Part shown: in pieces, positions 50,334 through 61,522 of the stretch
Numbering within the stretch: the stretch's first letter is position 1
Layout: each line of letters opens with the position of its first letter
Assembly (NCBI GenBank): GCA_048268245.1
Contig: JBLWVX010000012.1
Span: forward strand, 1-64,000
DNA: 64,000 nt
Reading direction: 5' to 3'
Source of the DNA: Arcobacteraceae bacterium
GTDB lineage: Bacteria; Campylobacterota; Campylobacteria; Campylobacterales; Arcobacteraceae
Notes under the pieces: model-generated
Told to the model about the DNA's origin: nothing
The model's input: the letters and a program-made list of their open reading frames with translations, nothing else
Databases searched by the model: none
Position numbers and translations under genes: made by a program

Positions 50334-50786
50334 TTATTTAAATACTGCGTCTAATTCTTCAGCAGTTGTGATGTATTTTACGTTTGAAACTTTTCCATTT
50401 TCTACAGAATAAACAGTAATTTGTCCTTCTTTTTTAGTAAATGATTTTGATTGTTCTTCGTCTACTAATAAAATAGAGAAAGGATAATCTCTCATTTTTG
50501 GTAATGCAAAGAATTTAGTAATTAAACTTGGCATTCCTGAAATATCTGCTACATAATATGAGTTTTTAGATTTTAAGAAACCTTTTTCTTTTTTTAATAA
50601 GTAATCTCTAATTACTTCACTTGCATCTCTATCACCTGCTACAATAATGTTTTTAGCATCTGCTTTAATAGTTTGTTTCTTTTCAAATTGATCTTGAATT
50701 TCGAATGCTGGAGTTGAGTCTCCAATATTTAATGCGTTTGCAAATGTTGCAGCTAATAATGCAGCAACGAATAAAATCTTCTTCAT
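50334..50786 (-). CDS. Exported hypothetical protein (redoxin-like N-terminus, no Cys)
   Basis: Signal peptide, IGDSTPAFEIQDQF and ADISGMPSLITKFFALPKMR. Confidence 0.75.
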   Translation of the reverse strand: MKKILFVAALLAATFANALNIGDSTPAFEIQDQFEKKQTIKADAKNIIVAGDRDASEVIRDYLLKKEKGFLKSKNSYYVADISGMPSLITKFFALPKMRDYPFSILLVDEEQSKSFTKKEGQITVYSVENGKVSNVKYITTAEELDAVFK

Positions 50787-50857
50787 TTTTTCTCCTAAAT
50801 TTAAATTGCGAAATTCTACCCATAAAAAGTAAATGAAAAGTTAAGATAAAAACTAAT

Positions 50858-51469
50858 CTATTTGGATAAGGTTGGAAGTTGCCAGTTTTTGTAGTATGCT
50901 AAAAGTCTTAAAACAACACCAAATACAAAAACTATAATTAATGAGTAGATGTTTTTTAAATCTAGTAAATATAAACCATAAGTTACTAGCCCAACTATAA
51001 TTGCAACTGTTGCATAAAATTCTGAAACTAAAATAGATGGTACCCTATTGATTAAAATATCTCTAATTGTACCACCACCAACAGCAGTAATGAAAGCTAA
51101 AATTAATACACCAAGAAAATTAAAATCATTCTCAATAGCAACAAGTGAACCCGTAATAGCAAAGGATACAAGGCCTATAGCATCTGATACAATAAAAGCA
51201 GTCTTACCTTCTAGGTCATCTATTTTATGGAGTTTTAAAACAAGGGATATTAATACAGTGGCTACCACTAAGGTTACTGGTAACACATCAGTAAATACAT
51301 AAGGAGTTTTATTTGCAAGAACATCTCTTGTCATTCCACCACCAAGTGCTGTTAAAAATGCTGAAATAAAAACACCTAAAATATCTAGTTTATAATGTAC
51401 TGCAATTAAAAACCCTGATAGGGCGAAACAAATTACACCAATGATATCTGCTAATTGCAGTGCTGTCAT
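50858..51469 (-). CDS. UPF0126/TRIC-family membrane protein
   Basis: Duplicated TALGGGMTRDVL / TAVGGGTIRDIL. Confidence 0.92.
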   Translation of the reverse strand: MTALQLADIIGVICFALSGFLIAVHYKLDILGVFISAFLTALGGGMTRDVLANKTPYVFTDVLPVTLVVATVLISLVLKLHKIDDLEGKTAFIVSDAIGLVSFAITGSLVAIENDFNFLGVLILAFITAVGGGTIRDILINRVPSILVSEFYATVAIIVGLVTYGLYLLDLKNIYSLIIVFVFGVVLRLLAYYKNWQLPTLSK

Positions 51470-51516
51470 ATATAAACCTTTATGATTTTTGATGAAGAGA
51501 TTATACTACAGCCTTT

Positions 51517-52434
51517 TTAAAAAATGGATAAACCTGTTTTATTTGTAAAAAGCTCTAAAGCTTTTGTTCCTGCATAGGAGTTTCCAAATTTATTTAATCT
51601 TGGAGCATAAACACAAATAGCCATTTTCTTAGGAACAATAGCTACTATTCCTCCTCCAACACCACTTTTACCTGGAAGACCAACTCTATATGCAAAATCA
51701 CCTGATGCATCATAATGTCCACAAGTTAGCATTAAAGAGTTTATTCTTTTTGCTTTACTTTCATTTATCAACTGCTCATTTGTAATAGGGTTTAATCCAT
51801 GGTTTGCTAAAAATAGCATAGACTTTGCAAGTTGTGTAGTACTCATATCAATGGAACATTGCTTAAAGTATGTTTGCATTACACTATCTGTAAAGTTTTT
51901 TATATTTTTGAAACTCTTCATCATATTAATAAGTGCAAGATTTCTGTGACCATGTTTTACTTCTGATTTAAACACTTCTTTATTATATGTAATACTATGG
52001 TCATTTGCTGCATCTTGTATAAAATGAAGTATATAATCAAATGTATTCTCTTTATATAAGGATATAAGTGAGTCAGTTGTTACAATAGCCCCTGCATTTA
52101 TAAATGGATTTCTAGGAACGCCATTTTCATACTCAAGTTGTACTAGCGAGTTAAAAGGATCCCCTGATGGTTCATGTCCTACTCTTTTATATAACTCTTT
52201 ACTGTAGTTTTGAAGTGCGAGAGTAAATGTAAATACTTTTGAAATACTCTGAATAGAAAATGGCTTTTTGTGTGAGCCTATATGATACTCATTTAAATCT
52301 ACATCTATAATACTCATAGCAAAATCATTTTTCTTTACTTTCTGTAAAGCTGGAATATAGTTTGCAACTTCACCTTTTTTTAGATGGGGTTTTATCTCTT
52401 CTTTAATCTCTTCTAAAATTTCTTGATAATTCAT
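51517..52434 (-). CDS. glsA: Glutaminase
   Basis: VANYIPAL, FSIQSISK, NPFINAGA and PGKSGVGGG. Confidence 0.95.
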   Translation of the reverse strand: MNYQEILEEIKEEIKPHLKKGEVANYIPALQKVKKNDFAMSIIDVDLNEYHIGSHKKPFSIQSISKVFTFTLALQNYSKELYKRVGHEPSGDPFNSLVQLEYENGVPRNPFINAGAIVTTDSLISLYKENTFDYILHFIQDAANDHSITYNKEVFKSEVKHGHRNLALINMMKSFKNIKNFTDSVMQTYFKQCSIDMSTTQLAKSMLFLANHGLNPITNEQLINESKAKRINSLMLTCGHYDASGDFAYRVGLPGKSGVGGGIVAIVPKKMAICVYAPRLNKFGNSYAGTKALELFTNKTGLSIF

Positions 52435-52635
52435 ATATAACCTTTATATGCTAAAAAATAAATTTGAATATTGTATCAAAGATTGGGAAGATAAAAAGTG
52501 TATTTGTTATCAAGTTGTAATTAGTAAGACAATATATCTATAGTTTAAGCAAGGTTTTAGTATAATCGCGAAAACTTATCAGGAAAATTTTAGCTAAAAT
52601 TAAAACTTCCTTCAAAATTATTATAAAGAGAATAA

Positions 52636-54453
52636 ATGAGAGATATTAGAAATATTGCAGTTATTGCGCACGTTGACCATGGTAAAACAACACTTGTTGA
52701 TGAGTTATTAAAACAGTCAGGTACTTTTGCAGCTCACCAAGAAGTTGATGAAAGAGTTATGGATAGTAACGATATCGAAAAAGAAAGAGGAATTACAATT
52801 CTTTCTAAGAATACTGCTATTGATTACGAAGGTGTAAGAATTAACATTATTGACACTCCGGGACACGCCGATTTTGGTGGAGAAGTTGAGAGGGTTCTTA
52901 AGATGGTTGACTCAGTATTATTACTAGTTGATGCACAAGAAGGTGTTATGCCTCAAACTAAATTCGTTGTAAAAAAAGCACTTCAATTAGGTCATAGACC
53001 AATCGTTGTTGTAAATAAAATTGATAAACCAGCAGGTGAGCCTGATAGAGTTGTTGATGAGGTATTTGACCTATTTGATCAAATGGGTGCTACTGAAGAG
53101 CAACTTGAATTCCCTGTAATTTATGCAGCAGCTAGAGATGGTTATGCAATGCATGCCTTAGAAGATGAAAAGAAAGATTTACAACCATTATTTGAAACGA
53201 TTTTAACAGAAGTTCCAAAACCAAATGGAAGCGAAGAAAATGGTCTTCAACTTCAAGTATTTACACTTGATTACGATAACTTCATTGGTAAAATCGGTAT
53301 TGCTAGAATCTTCAATGGTACTATTTCAATGGGTGAAACTGTTGTTTTATGTAAAGCTGACGGTGAAAAAGTTAAAGGTAGAGTTTCTAAGCTTATTGGA
53401 TTCAAAGGTTTAGAGAGAATTGAAATTGATAAAGCAGGTGCAGGTGACATTTGTGCTGTTGCTGGATTTGAAACTATTGATGTAGGTGATTCTCTTTGTG
53501 ATCCTGCAAATCCAATGCCACTAGATCCTATGCATATTGAAGAGCCAACATTATCTGTAACATTTGCAGTAAATGATTCTCCACTAGCAGGAACAGAAGG
53601 TAAGTTTGTAACTTCAAATAAAATTGATGAAAGACTTGCAGCTGAGATGAATACTAATATTGCTATGAACTATGAGCAAATTGGTGAAGGTAAATTTAAA
53701 GTAAACGGAAGAGGTGAGCTTCAAATTACTATTCTTGCTGAGAATATGAGAAGAGAAGGTTTTGAGTTCTCTATTGGTAGACCAGAAGTAATTACAAAAG
53801 AAGAAAATGGTGTAACTATGGAGCCATTTGAGCATTTAGTAATTGATACACCTGAAGAGTTTTCAGGAACAGTTATTGAAAAATTAGGAAAAAGAAAAGC
53901 TAATATGACAAATATGGTACCTATGGGTGCTGGATTTACAAGATTAGAGTTTGAAATTCCTGCAAGAGGATTAATCGGTATTAGAACTGAGTTCTTAACT
54001 GATACAAAAGGTGAGGGTGTTATGAACCACTCATTCTTAGACTTTAGACCTCACTCAGGTACAGTTGAATCTAGAAAATATGGTGCATTAGTATCTATGG
54101 AAAATGGTGAAGCACTTGGTTATTCTATCTTCAACTTACAAGATAGAGGAGTTATGTACATTAAACCACAAGATAAAGTATATAACGGAATGGTAATTGG
54201 AGAGCATGCTAAATCTAATGACTTAGATGTTAACCCAATTAAAGGTAAACAATTAACAAACGTTAGATCTTCAGGTGCTGATGATGCTATTAAGCTTATT
54301 CCACCAAGAGAGATGTCTTTAGAAAATGCACTAGAGTGGATTGAAGAAGATGAGCTTGTTGAAGTAACTCCAATTTCGGTTAGAGTTAGAAAAAGAGAGC
54401 TTGATCCAACAGCAAGAAAAAGAGCAGCAAAGAAAGCTAAGTTCGCTGAATAG
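52636..54453 (+). CDS. typA: Translational GTPase TypA/BipA
   Basis: [30 protein letters not shown] and ELVEVTP. Confidence 0.98.
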   Translation: MRDIRNIAVIAHVDHGKTTLVDELLKQSGTFAAHQEVDERVMDSNDIEKERGITILSKNTAIDYEGVRINIIDTPGHADFGGEVERVLKMVDSVLLLVDAQEGVMPQTKFVVKKALQLGHRPIVVVNKIDKPAGEPDRVVDEVFDLFDQMGATEEQLEFPVIYAAARDGYAMHALEDEKKDLQPLFETILTEVPKPNGSEENGLQLQVFTLDYDNFIGKIGIARIFNGTISMGETVVLCKADGEKVKGRVSKLIGFKGLERIEIDKAGAGDICAVAGFETIDVGDSLCDPANPMPLDPMHIEEPTLSVTFAVNDSPLAGTEGKFVTSNKIDERLAAEMNTNIAMNYEQIGEGKFKVNGRGELQITILAENMRREGFEFSIGRPEVITKEENGVTMEPFEHLVIDTPEEFSGTVIEKLGKRKANMTNMVPMGAGFTRLEFEIPARGLIGIRTEFLTDTKGEGVMNHSFLDFRPHSGTVESRKYGALVSMENGEALGYSIFNLQDRGVMYIKPQDKVYNGMVIGEHAKSNDLDVNPIKGKQLTNVRSSGADDAIKLIPPREMSLENALEWIEEDELVEVTPISVRVRKRELDPTARKRAAKKAKFAE

Positions 54454-54476
54454 TAAGATTTTATAAACAATCTTAT

Positions 54477-54510
54477 AAAGGGGAAGAGCTTTTGCTCTTC
54501 CCCTTTTTTT
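54477..54510 (+). terminator. Intrinsic terminator of typA
   Basis: AAAGGGGAAGAGC-TTTT-GCTCTTCCCCTTT followed by a T-run. Confidence 0.92.
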
Positions 54511-54730
54511 ATGCAAAAAATTAAATAAAAGGAATAGATTTCATGTCTGATGATATGTGGCTTAGGATTTCAAACAGTTTTAAAATAAATTTATATTAAT
54601 AGGAGATTTTTTTCTCCTATTAAAAGGAGAAAAAAATGAAAAACAATATTAATACAAATAAAAAAGATTACATAATTTTAATTACAATATATTTTTTAAC
54701 AATTACTACTAGTTTTTTAACTATTACAAA

Positions 54731-56950
54731 CTAATTGTTAAAAGAGATTTTAAACTTAGCACCTGTGTACTCTATGTCATCATGTATATAGGTGCTATTT
54801 GATGCTACAACTTTAGCATCATGATGGTCTGTGATAATTTGATAAGTCATAGATAAACCAATTCCTGTACCAATATTCTTATGTTTTGTTGTAAAGTAAG
54901 GCTCAAAGATTTTATTTAAAATATCTTTTTTTATACCCCCACCATTGTCTACAATTGTTAAGTCTAAACCAGTAGGGGTTTTTTGAGTTTCAATAAAAAT
55001 AAGCTTTTTATTATGCTTTTTTATATTTTCATTCATTGCATCTTTTGAGTTATTGATAATATTTATAAGACCTTGAATTAGCTGATTTTCAAAAGCAGGT
55101 ATTTCCATATCTTCATTTATATTTAAAATAAGTTCAATTTCATTGCTACTTAGGGTTGACTTTATAATATTTATTGTTTTATTTACAATTTGAGATATTT
55201 TTACAACATCTTTTTGCTCTTTATTTCGTATAAAATCTCTGAAATCTTCTATTGTATTTGATAAATATTTTGCTTGTTTTGTAATATTTTCCATACTTTT
55301 GTATAAGTCTTCTTTTCCTAATTTATTTACTTCACTTTTTAAAATTGTAGCACTTGATATTGAAGTAATAACACTTAAAGGTTGTCTCCATTGATGAGCA
55401 ATATTTCCTATCATTTCACCCATTGATGCTAGCTTAGATTGAGATTCCATAACTTTATTTTGAGAAATATCTCTTGAAATTCCTAAATAACCATATATTT
55501 CATTGTTCTTATTTTTTAAAGCTGTTACTGTTAAACTTATAGGTATATGTTTACCATCTTTAGTTTTGTAAGTCCATTCTAGCTCACTATATCTTAGGAC
55601 AGATTTTGCAATAAAAATATTAAAATTAGGTTCTATTTCTTCTCTTAACTTTTTACTAAACTCTCTTGCCATCATATTAAGTTCGTTTTCTAAGTGGAAA
55701 ATTAGTGGTGTTTGTTTATCAATAAGCTCTTCTTGAGTATATTCAGTAACCTTTTCTACTTCTTTATTTATTTGTTTAATAATACCTTTTTTATCAGTTC
55801 TAATTATCATATATCCAGAGTTATCAAAGATTGTTGTTTGTAGTTCTAATGCTTCATATAGTCTATTTTCACTATTTTTTTCATTTGTTACATCATAGAA
55901 CCAACCAATAATTGCTTTTTCATTATCAAATTCTATATTCATATAAGAAGCTAATGCCCAAACTCTCTTATTATTGATCTTCAATACAATAAGTCTATTA
56001 TAGATTGTTTCATTGTTTTTTAATTCTTCTAAAATTTGATGATATACTTCTTTGTTTTCATAATAGCTTTTAGGCTTTTTAAAATCATTGTCTTTTTTTA
56101 TTATTTTTTTATATGCATGATTTGCAAAAACCACTTCTTCACTATTATTTTTTGCAATTCTTACTGCAATTGGACTATTTTGTAGAAGATACTCTAATTT
56201 ATTTTGTTCATCTTTTAAAACATCTGTAGATTTTTTAATTGTGTTAATCATTTTGTTTATACTACTTGATAGGTTATCAATCTCTATAAAGGTATTATCT
56301 TCAAGAAGTTTAGTTGGAATACCATCTTTATCTACAATGCTTACTGTTTTTGTAATATCTGAAATAGGTTTTAGTATAAAGGCTTTAATTGTTAAAAACA
56401 AAAATAAAATTAAAAAAAGTGAAAGAATAAATGTATTTTTAATATTTTCTATAATTATTTCTTTTAGCTCTTTATTCATTTCCTCATCAGTAATATAAAT
56501 ACTAATTGTTCCTATTTCAGTACCAAATGATGAAATAATTTTATATGTATCAGAGTAGAAAGCACCTTGAAGTTTTTGATTATGCTTTAGGTTTGTAGGA
56601 TCATAATCTGTTATTTTACCATCTTGTTTAATTTTTCCACTAGATAAAAACTCTTCACCTAGAATTTTTCCCATGTTATAGTCATTTATAATAATTGCTA
56701 AAATATCTTTTCTACTTAATTCATTGTATATTAAAGTATTGTATTCATTTATAGCATATGCAGAAATTAGATTTTTAATATTATCTTTAATAGATAAAAT
56801 AGTAGTTCTAGAGTCATTTTTCATATTATGGATTATTTTATCTTTTGTATATATATAACTATATGTATAGTTAATTGCCATAGTTAAAACTACAGTAGAA
56901 ATAATAGTTATAGCTAATGCAAAATATAAAGATAATTTAAATTTTCTCAT
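54731..56950 (-). CDS. Two-TM PAS-domain sensor histidine kinase
   Basis: Periplasmic domain, HAMP-like linker, two PAS domains, IAHQWRQPL, DNGGGI and GTGIGL. Confidence 0.93.
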   Translation of the reverse strand: MRKFKLSLYFALAITIISTVVLTMAINYTYSYIYTKDKIIHNMKNDSRTTILSIKDNIKNLISAYAINEYNTLIYNELSRKDILAIIINDYNMGKILGEEFLSSGKIKQDGKITDYDPTNLKHNQKLQGAFYSDTYKIISSFGTEIGTISIYITDEEMNKELKEIIIENIKNTFILSLFLILFLFLTIKAFILKPISDITKTVSIVDKDGIPTKLLEDNTFIEIDNLSSSINKMINTIKKSTDVLKDEQNKLEYLLQNSPIAVRIAKNNSEEVVFANHAYKKIIKKDNDFKKPKSYYENKEVYHQILEELKNNETIYNRLIVLKINNKRVWALASYMNIEFDNEKAIIGWFYDVTNEKNSENRLYEALELQTTIFDNSGYMIIRTDKKGIIKQINKEVEKVTEYTQEELIDKQTPLIFHLENELNMMAREFSKKLREEIEPNFNIFIAKSVLRYSELEWTYKTKDGKHIPISLTVTALKNKNNEIYGYLGISRDISQNKVMESQSKLASMGEMIGNIAHQWRQPLSVITSISSATILKSEVNKLGKEDLYKSMENITKQAKYLSNTIEDFRDFIRNKEQKDVVKISQIVNKTINIIKSTLSSNEIELILNINEDMEIPAFENQLIQGLINIINNSKDAMNENIKKHNKKLIFIETQKTPTGLDLTIVDNGGGIKKDILNKIFEPYFTTKHKNIGTGIGLSMTYQIITDHHDAKVVASNSTYIHDDIEYTGAKFKISFNN

Positions 56951-57936
56951 TAATCTTCGATTCCTAAAACATTTAGATTTATTTCATCTTTTTTTTCTTT
57001 TATATTTTTTTTTGTTATATTTAATATAGGGATTTGTACATTTTTAACTATGTTTTGTTTATTTAGGTATTTATGCATAGAAATAGCTGCTTTTTGACCC
57101 ATAAGATAAGGTTGTTGCATTCCTGATGCTATTATAGTATTTTCTTTTATTAATTCAATAAATTCTGGTTCTGCATCAAAAGCAATAAGTAGTATCTCTT
57201 TGTCTTTGTTTGCATCCCTAAGGGCTTTAATTGCACCTTTATAGATATTTGAAGTTTGTATCCAAATAGCACCAAGTTCAGGGAATCTATCTATTAACTC
57301 TTTTGTATATGTATAAGTTTCTTCATCACTCCAAGTAACTAACTGTTTTATGTCAGCACCTTTAATATTTTTTTGATTTAAAGCTTCCATAAAACCTGCA
57401 GTTCTTTGCTGGCCATTTAATCTTTTTTGAGGTATAGCAATAATTCCTACTTTTTTATTATTAATGCCTCTTCTTTTCATTTCTTTAACTAATGTATTTC
57501 CAATATTATAAGCACCTAATCTATTACTTGAAGAGATATAAGATATATAATCATTACTATCACTTCCCACATCGGCAATAACTACAGGAATATTGGCTTT
57601 TTTTGCAAGCTTCAAAATAGTTACACAAGCAGAAGAAGTAGTAGGGGAAACAATAATACCATCAACACCACTTTTTATAGCTTTAATAGTATGCATTAAT
57701 TCTATTTTTGCACTATTTTGTGAGTCATATATCTTAAGGTCATAGTCAAGCTCTTGACTAACATTATGAATACCTTTTGCCATAATAGTCCAAAAAGGAA
57801 TCTTCATATCAGCATTAATATAAACAATTTTTTTTGAATCATTTGCATTTAGTAGTGAAAAATTAAAAATAATAAAAATTAAAAAAATATTGAAATGCTT
57901 CATTCTAGACCTAAAGTTATTTTTTTTGTTATGCAT
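56950..57936 (-). CDS. RbsB/TorT-like periplasmic substrate-binding protein
   Basis: Signal peptide (start may be 57903), PFW...G, VDGIIVSP, IPVVIAD and QQPYLMG. Confidence 0.88.
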   Translation of the reverse strand: MHNKKNNFRSRMKHFNIFLIFIIFNFSLLNANDSKKIVYINADMKIPFWTIMAKGIHNVSQELDYDLKIYDSQNSAKIELMHTIKAIKSGVDGIIVSPTTSSACVTILKLAKKANIPVVIADVGSDSNDYISYISSSNRLGAYNIGNTLVKEMKRRGINNKKVGIIAIPQKRLNGQQRTAGFMEALNQKNIKGADIKQLVTWSDEETYTYTKELIDRFPELGAIWIQTSNIYKGAIKALRDANKDKEILLIAFDAEPEFIELIKENTIIASGMQQPYLMGQKAAISMHKYLNKQNIVKNVQIPILNITKKNIKEKKDEINLNVLGIED

Positions 57937-57997
57937 TGTACATTTATTTAATTTTATATTTTATTAATAAAGGTGACTAAAAAGAGAATATCTCTTT

Positions 57998-60226
57998 TTA
58001 GTTAAATTTTTTATTGTCAGTATTTTTTATAATTTCTAAGGCTATATGATTTGTTTTTGTAGCAATTTCTTTTGCATTTGTAGCTACTTTTGCATTTTCT
58101 TGAGTTAATTGGTCTATTTTTGTAATGGCTTCATTAATTTGTGAGATAGTTCTACTTTGTTCTTGAGTTGAGTCTGTTACTGATGAGATAATTTCACTAG
58201 TACTCTCTATTTTTTCATTAAGTTTACTAAACCCTTCAATCATTTTTTCAGAACTATTTTTACCTTCACTTGCTTTTAAATTAGCTTTTTCAACAAGTTC
58301 TTTTATATCTTTTGCTGCTTCTGCACTTCTTCCTGCAAGGTTTCTTACTTCTTGGGCAACCACTGCGAAGCCTTTTCCTGCTTCACCTGCTGTTGCTGCT
58401 TCTACGGCTGCATTTAATGAAAGAATATTTGTTTGGAATGCAATTTGGTCAATAATAGTAATAGCTTCATTAATTTCTTGTGTTGCATTATTGATTTCTT
58501 CCATAGATTTTTGAGTTTGACTAGCTAGGTTTTTACCTTCATTTGCATAAGTCAATGTCTCTTTTGATAGCTCTTGCATTGTTATAGCTTGTGAAGAGAT
58601 TTCTCTAATAGAAGCTGTTGTTTCTTCTACAGATGCGGCTGTCTCTTCAATAGATGCAGCTTGTGATAAAGCAGAATTATTTAAGTGCTCTACATTTGAA
58701 GAAAGCTCTTGTGAGTTTTGGCTTAATATATCACCATTATTTTTATTTTCTCTTAACATCGAAGTAATAGCTTCACCTAAGGCATTAATACCATCAATTA
58801 GTTTTTTAGTCTCTCCATGAATATCTTTATTTTCTATTTTTGATAAATAGTCATAGTTTGTATATTTGTTCAATTCATCTAAGATATTATTCATTAATGC
58901 TTCTTGATTTATAAGCATTTTATTAATTGTTTTTGCAAAAGTTCTAATTTGAGGATTTGCAGGCATTGACATTACTTGGTTGTGATAACTTCCTTGCTCT
59001 AGTTTATTTAAAACTAAAATAGCTTCACCAACACACTTCATATCTTGCTCTAATTCTTTTTCTAATGTTTCTAAGTTTTTATTGATAAATTGAGAAATTT
59101 CATTTAATTCATCTTTTGATGTAACGCTGATATGCTCAAATGTATTTCTTTTTCTATTCATAAAGTCAAAGAATACTTCAATACCATATCTTATTTTCAT
59201 AATTGAATCAATCATACTTCTTATATTATATGAAATAATTAAAAGAGTTAAAGAAATAACAATTACTAAAAATACAGTTAATAAAATAAAGTTATTTAAA
59301 GCCTCTTCTTTTTTAATGATAGTATCTTTTATTATCATCTCAGATAAATAGTCATCTGTTTTTTTAAGAAGATCGATTTTTTTAGTTATTGTTTGAAACC
59401 AGTGAGTGGCATCAATATTAAAGTTACCTTGACCATTGTTATTTGTAATAATTAGTTTTCTTAATTTGTCTACTTCTTTTAATGATTCACCTTGAATCGT
59501 ACTATTTTTAAAATTTACTGCTTCTTTTCCAGATAATGTTTCAAATGTAGACATATCAGCATCTTGTTGAGCTATAAGAGTGATAAATCTTGCTTGAAGT
59601 CCCGGAAGAAGTTTATTTGCACTAAATATAGCAGACCCTACAGCTCTTTCAATACCAGCTCTTTCTTTTGATTCTAAAAATGAGTAGTAAGCCATAGATT
59701 CAATTACTATTTTATTATCAAGGGATTGTTTTGAAGTTAATGTAATATACTTTAAAAACATTGAGTTTAGGTTTGTATAGTATCCTAAGGCATTTTTTAA
59801 ACTAATGTTGAAGCCATCAACTTGACTTCTGATATTATTAACTTTTCCAATTTCATTTAGAACTTTTTTTAATCTATTTGAATTTTCTTCATTCAAAATA
59901 GCATGTAAGTTATTTGATGAGATAAAGCTATTTAGTTCATTTAGTTTTTTATTTGTAAGTTCTCTTTGATTGGCAAGAATATTTTTAAACTTAGAGCCTT
60001 TACTTCCAATAAACCCTGCAGTTGCACCTCTTTCTTTTTGTGTTTCATGCACTAAGTGAGAGATACTTGCATTTAGATTCATTAGAACTTCTAGTTTATC
60101 ATAGTTTTTATATTTACTAAAACTTTGAAAAAGTAAAATTGTTGATATTACTAAAATAGCAAGCATTGGAATTATTATAGAGACTAATAACTTTTTTTTG
60201 ATTGATAAGTTTTTTAAGAAGTTCAT
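57998..60226 (-). CDS. MCP with periplasmic NIT (nitrate/nitrite-sensing) domain
   Basis: [10 protein letters not shown] and [12 protein letters not shown] motifs, two TMs and the MCP hairpin. Confidence 0.92.
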   Translation of the reverse strand: MNFLKNLSIKKKLLVSIIIPMLAILVISTILLFQSFSKYKNYDKLEVLMNLNASISHLVHETQKERGATAGFIGSKGSKFKNILANQRELTNKKLNELNSFISSNNLHAILNEENSNRLKKVLNEIGKVNNIRSQVDGFNISLKNALGYYTNLNSMFLKYITLTSKQSLDNKIVIESMAYYSFLESKERAGIERAVGSAIFSANKLLPGLQARFITLIAQQDADMSTFETLSGKEAVNFKNSTIQGESLKEVDKLRKLIITNNNGQGNFNIDATHWFQTITKKIDLLKKTDDYLSEMIIKDTIIKKEEALNNFILLTVFLVIVISLTLLIISYNIRSMIDSIMKIRYGIEVFFDFMNRKRNTFEHISVTSKDELNEISQFINKNLETLEKELEQDMKCVGEAILVLNKLEQGSYHNQVMSMPANPQIRTFAKTINKMLINQEALMNNILDELNKYTNYDYLSKIENKDIHGETKKLIDGINALGEAITSMLRENKNNGDILSQNSQELSSNVEHLNNSALSQAASIEETAASVEETTASIREISSQAITMQELSKETLTYANEGKNLASQTQKSMEEINNATQEINEAITIIDQIAFQTNILSLNAAVEAATAGEAGKGFAVVAQEVRNLAGRSAEAAKDIKELVEKANLKASEGKNSSEKMIEGFSKLNEKIESTSEIISSVTDSTQEQSRTISQINEAITKIDQLTQENAKVATNAKEIATKTNHIALEIIKNTDNKKFN

Positions 60227-60236
60227 TACTTTTTCC

Positions 60237-60623
60237 TTATTTCATTGTTTTATATAGTTCTATAGCTTTTTCTATCTCATCTCTAGAAGCTACTTTTCTA
60301 CATGACATATAACCTTTTGAGCCATCACTTGATTCTAATGGGTATATAGTTGCATAAACCCAGTAATAATTTCCTAGTTTAGTTTTGTTTTTTACAAAAC
60401 CTTTCCAAATATTTCCACTTTGGATAGTTTTCCATAAGTCTTCAAAAGCTGCTTTTGGCATATCAGGGTGTCTTAAAATATTGTGAGGTTTATCTATTAG
60501 TTCATCAAGTGAATACTCACTGATTTCACAGAATTCATCATTTGCGTACTTTATAAAGCCCTTTTCATCTGTTTCTGAAACAATAAATGAGTTGTTATCT
60601 AGAAGTATTTCTTTACCACTCAT
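60237..60623 (-). CDS. Stand-alone PAS sensor (Aer/CetB-like)
   Basis: IVSETD.KG.I.YANDEF...[17 protein letters not shown]. Confidence 0.9.
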   Translation of the reverse strand: MSGKEILLDNNSFIVSETDEKGFIKYANDEFCEISEYSLDELIDKPHNILRHPDMPKAAFEDLWKTIQSGNIWKGFVKNKTKLGNYYWVYATIYPLESSDGSKGYMSCRKVASRDEIEKAIELYKTMK

Positions 60624-60718
60624 AATAATTCCTTTTTATAAATTGTTATATATTATATAACAATTATTATTAAAAAGATAAAAGTCTATATGTTTATTTT
60701 TTATTCTAAGATAATTTT

Positions 60719-61410
60719 ATATGGGTATGTCCACAAAGAGCCCAATCAATATCTTTTGTATCAATATCATTTAGGTATCTTGGTTGATGGGATAAAAGTA
60801 TGGTTGGAGAGTTTTTTTGTTTTCTAAATCAGGTATAAAGTTTCCATATTTATGAGCAAAAATATCATAAACACCAGCTAAATTGAAACCTTTGTTTTCT
60901 TCTCCTATACAAACTGATTCATTTTCAAGTACTTTTATATTTAAAGAGTTTACTCTTTTTACAGGAATTGCAATAAACTTTTTATCAATATGCGCATCAC
61001 TTAGTTGGACAATATTATAAGGTTTTTGATTTTTATATCTACAACTTAAGTTCAATAGTTTTTGCATTTTGCATAGCTTTGGCATTTGTTTCAACTATAA
61101 GTGAAATAGTACCAATATCTAGGCATTTTTTAACACCATATGAGATGATTTTATGAATAATTGTTATGATAAATGTAAGGAAAATCACCCCAATAGGTAA
61201 AGATAATAGGAAATATAGCCAGTTAGGGAAAACTGGGTTGTATCTAGCAACTGGGTACATACATACCCCAAAAAATGTAATATATAAAAATATGCTAAGA
61301 TACTTTTTTGTCTTATCTTTAAACGCAAGTTTATCAATAAGACGTTTTTTTATTATGTATGTTTGGAAAGTAAATACTGATAAAAAAACAGTTATAAATA
61401 TTATAAAACT
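60719..61410 (-). pseudogene. Fragmented membrane-anchored metallophosphoesterase (YkuE/YaeI-like)
   Basis: TM N-part, QLSDAH, VLENE, SHQP and LCGHTH motifs are spread over different frames; GD and GNH motifs are absent. Ends approximate. Confidence 0.8.
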
Positions 61411-61522
61411 AATGGGGAAATTATATATAGTAAAAATTAATAGATATTTAACAAAAAATAAAATTTATATTAAATAAGAAAATTTATCCCAAAGAAATAA
61501 AGAAGCCATAAAAATAGGCTCT

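Noticed and set aside
54511..54730. Tiny ORFs after the typA terminator (e.g. AAGGAG...ATGAAAAACAAT)
   Set aside because: Very short and low complexity; the AGGAG motifs are part of an inverted repeat (AATAGGAGA...TCTCCTATT). No support for a product.
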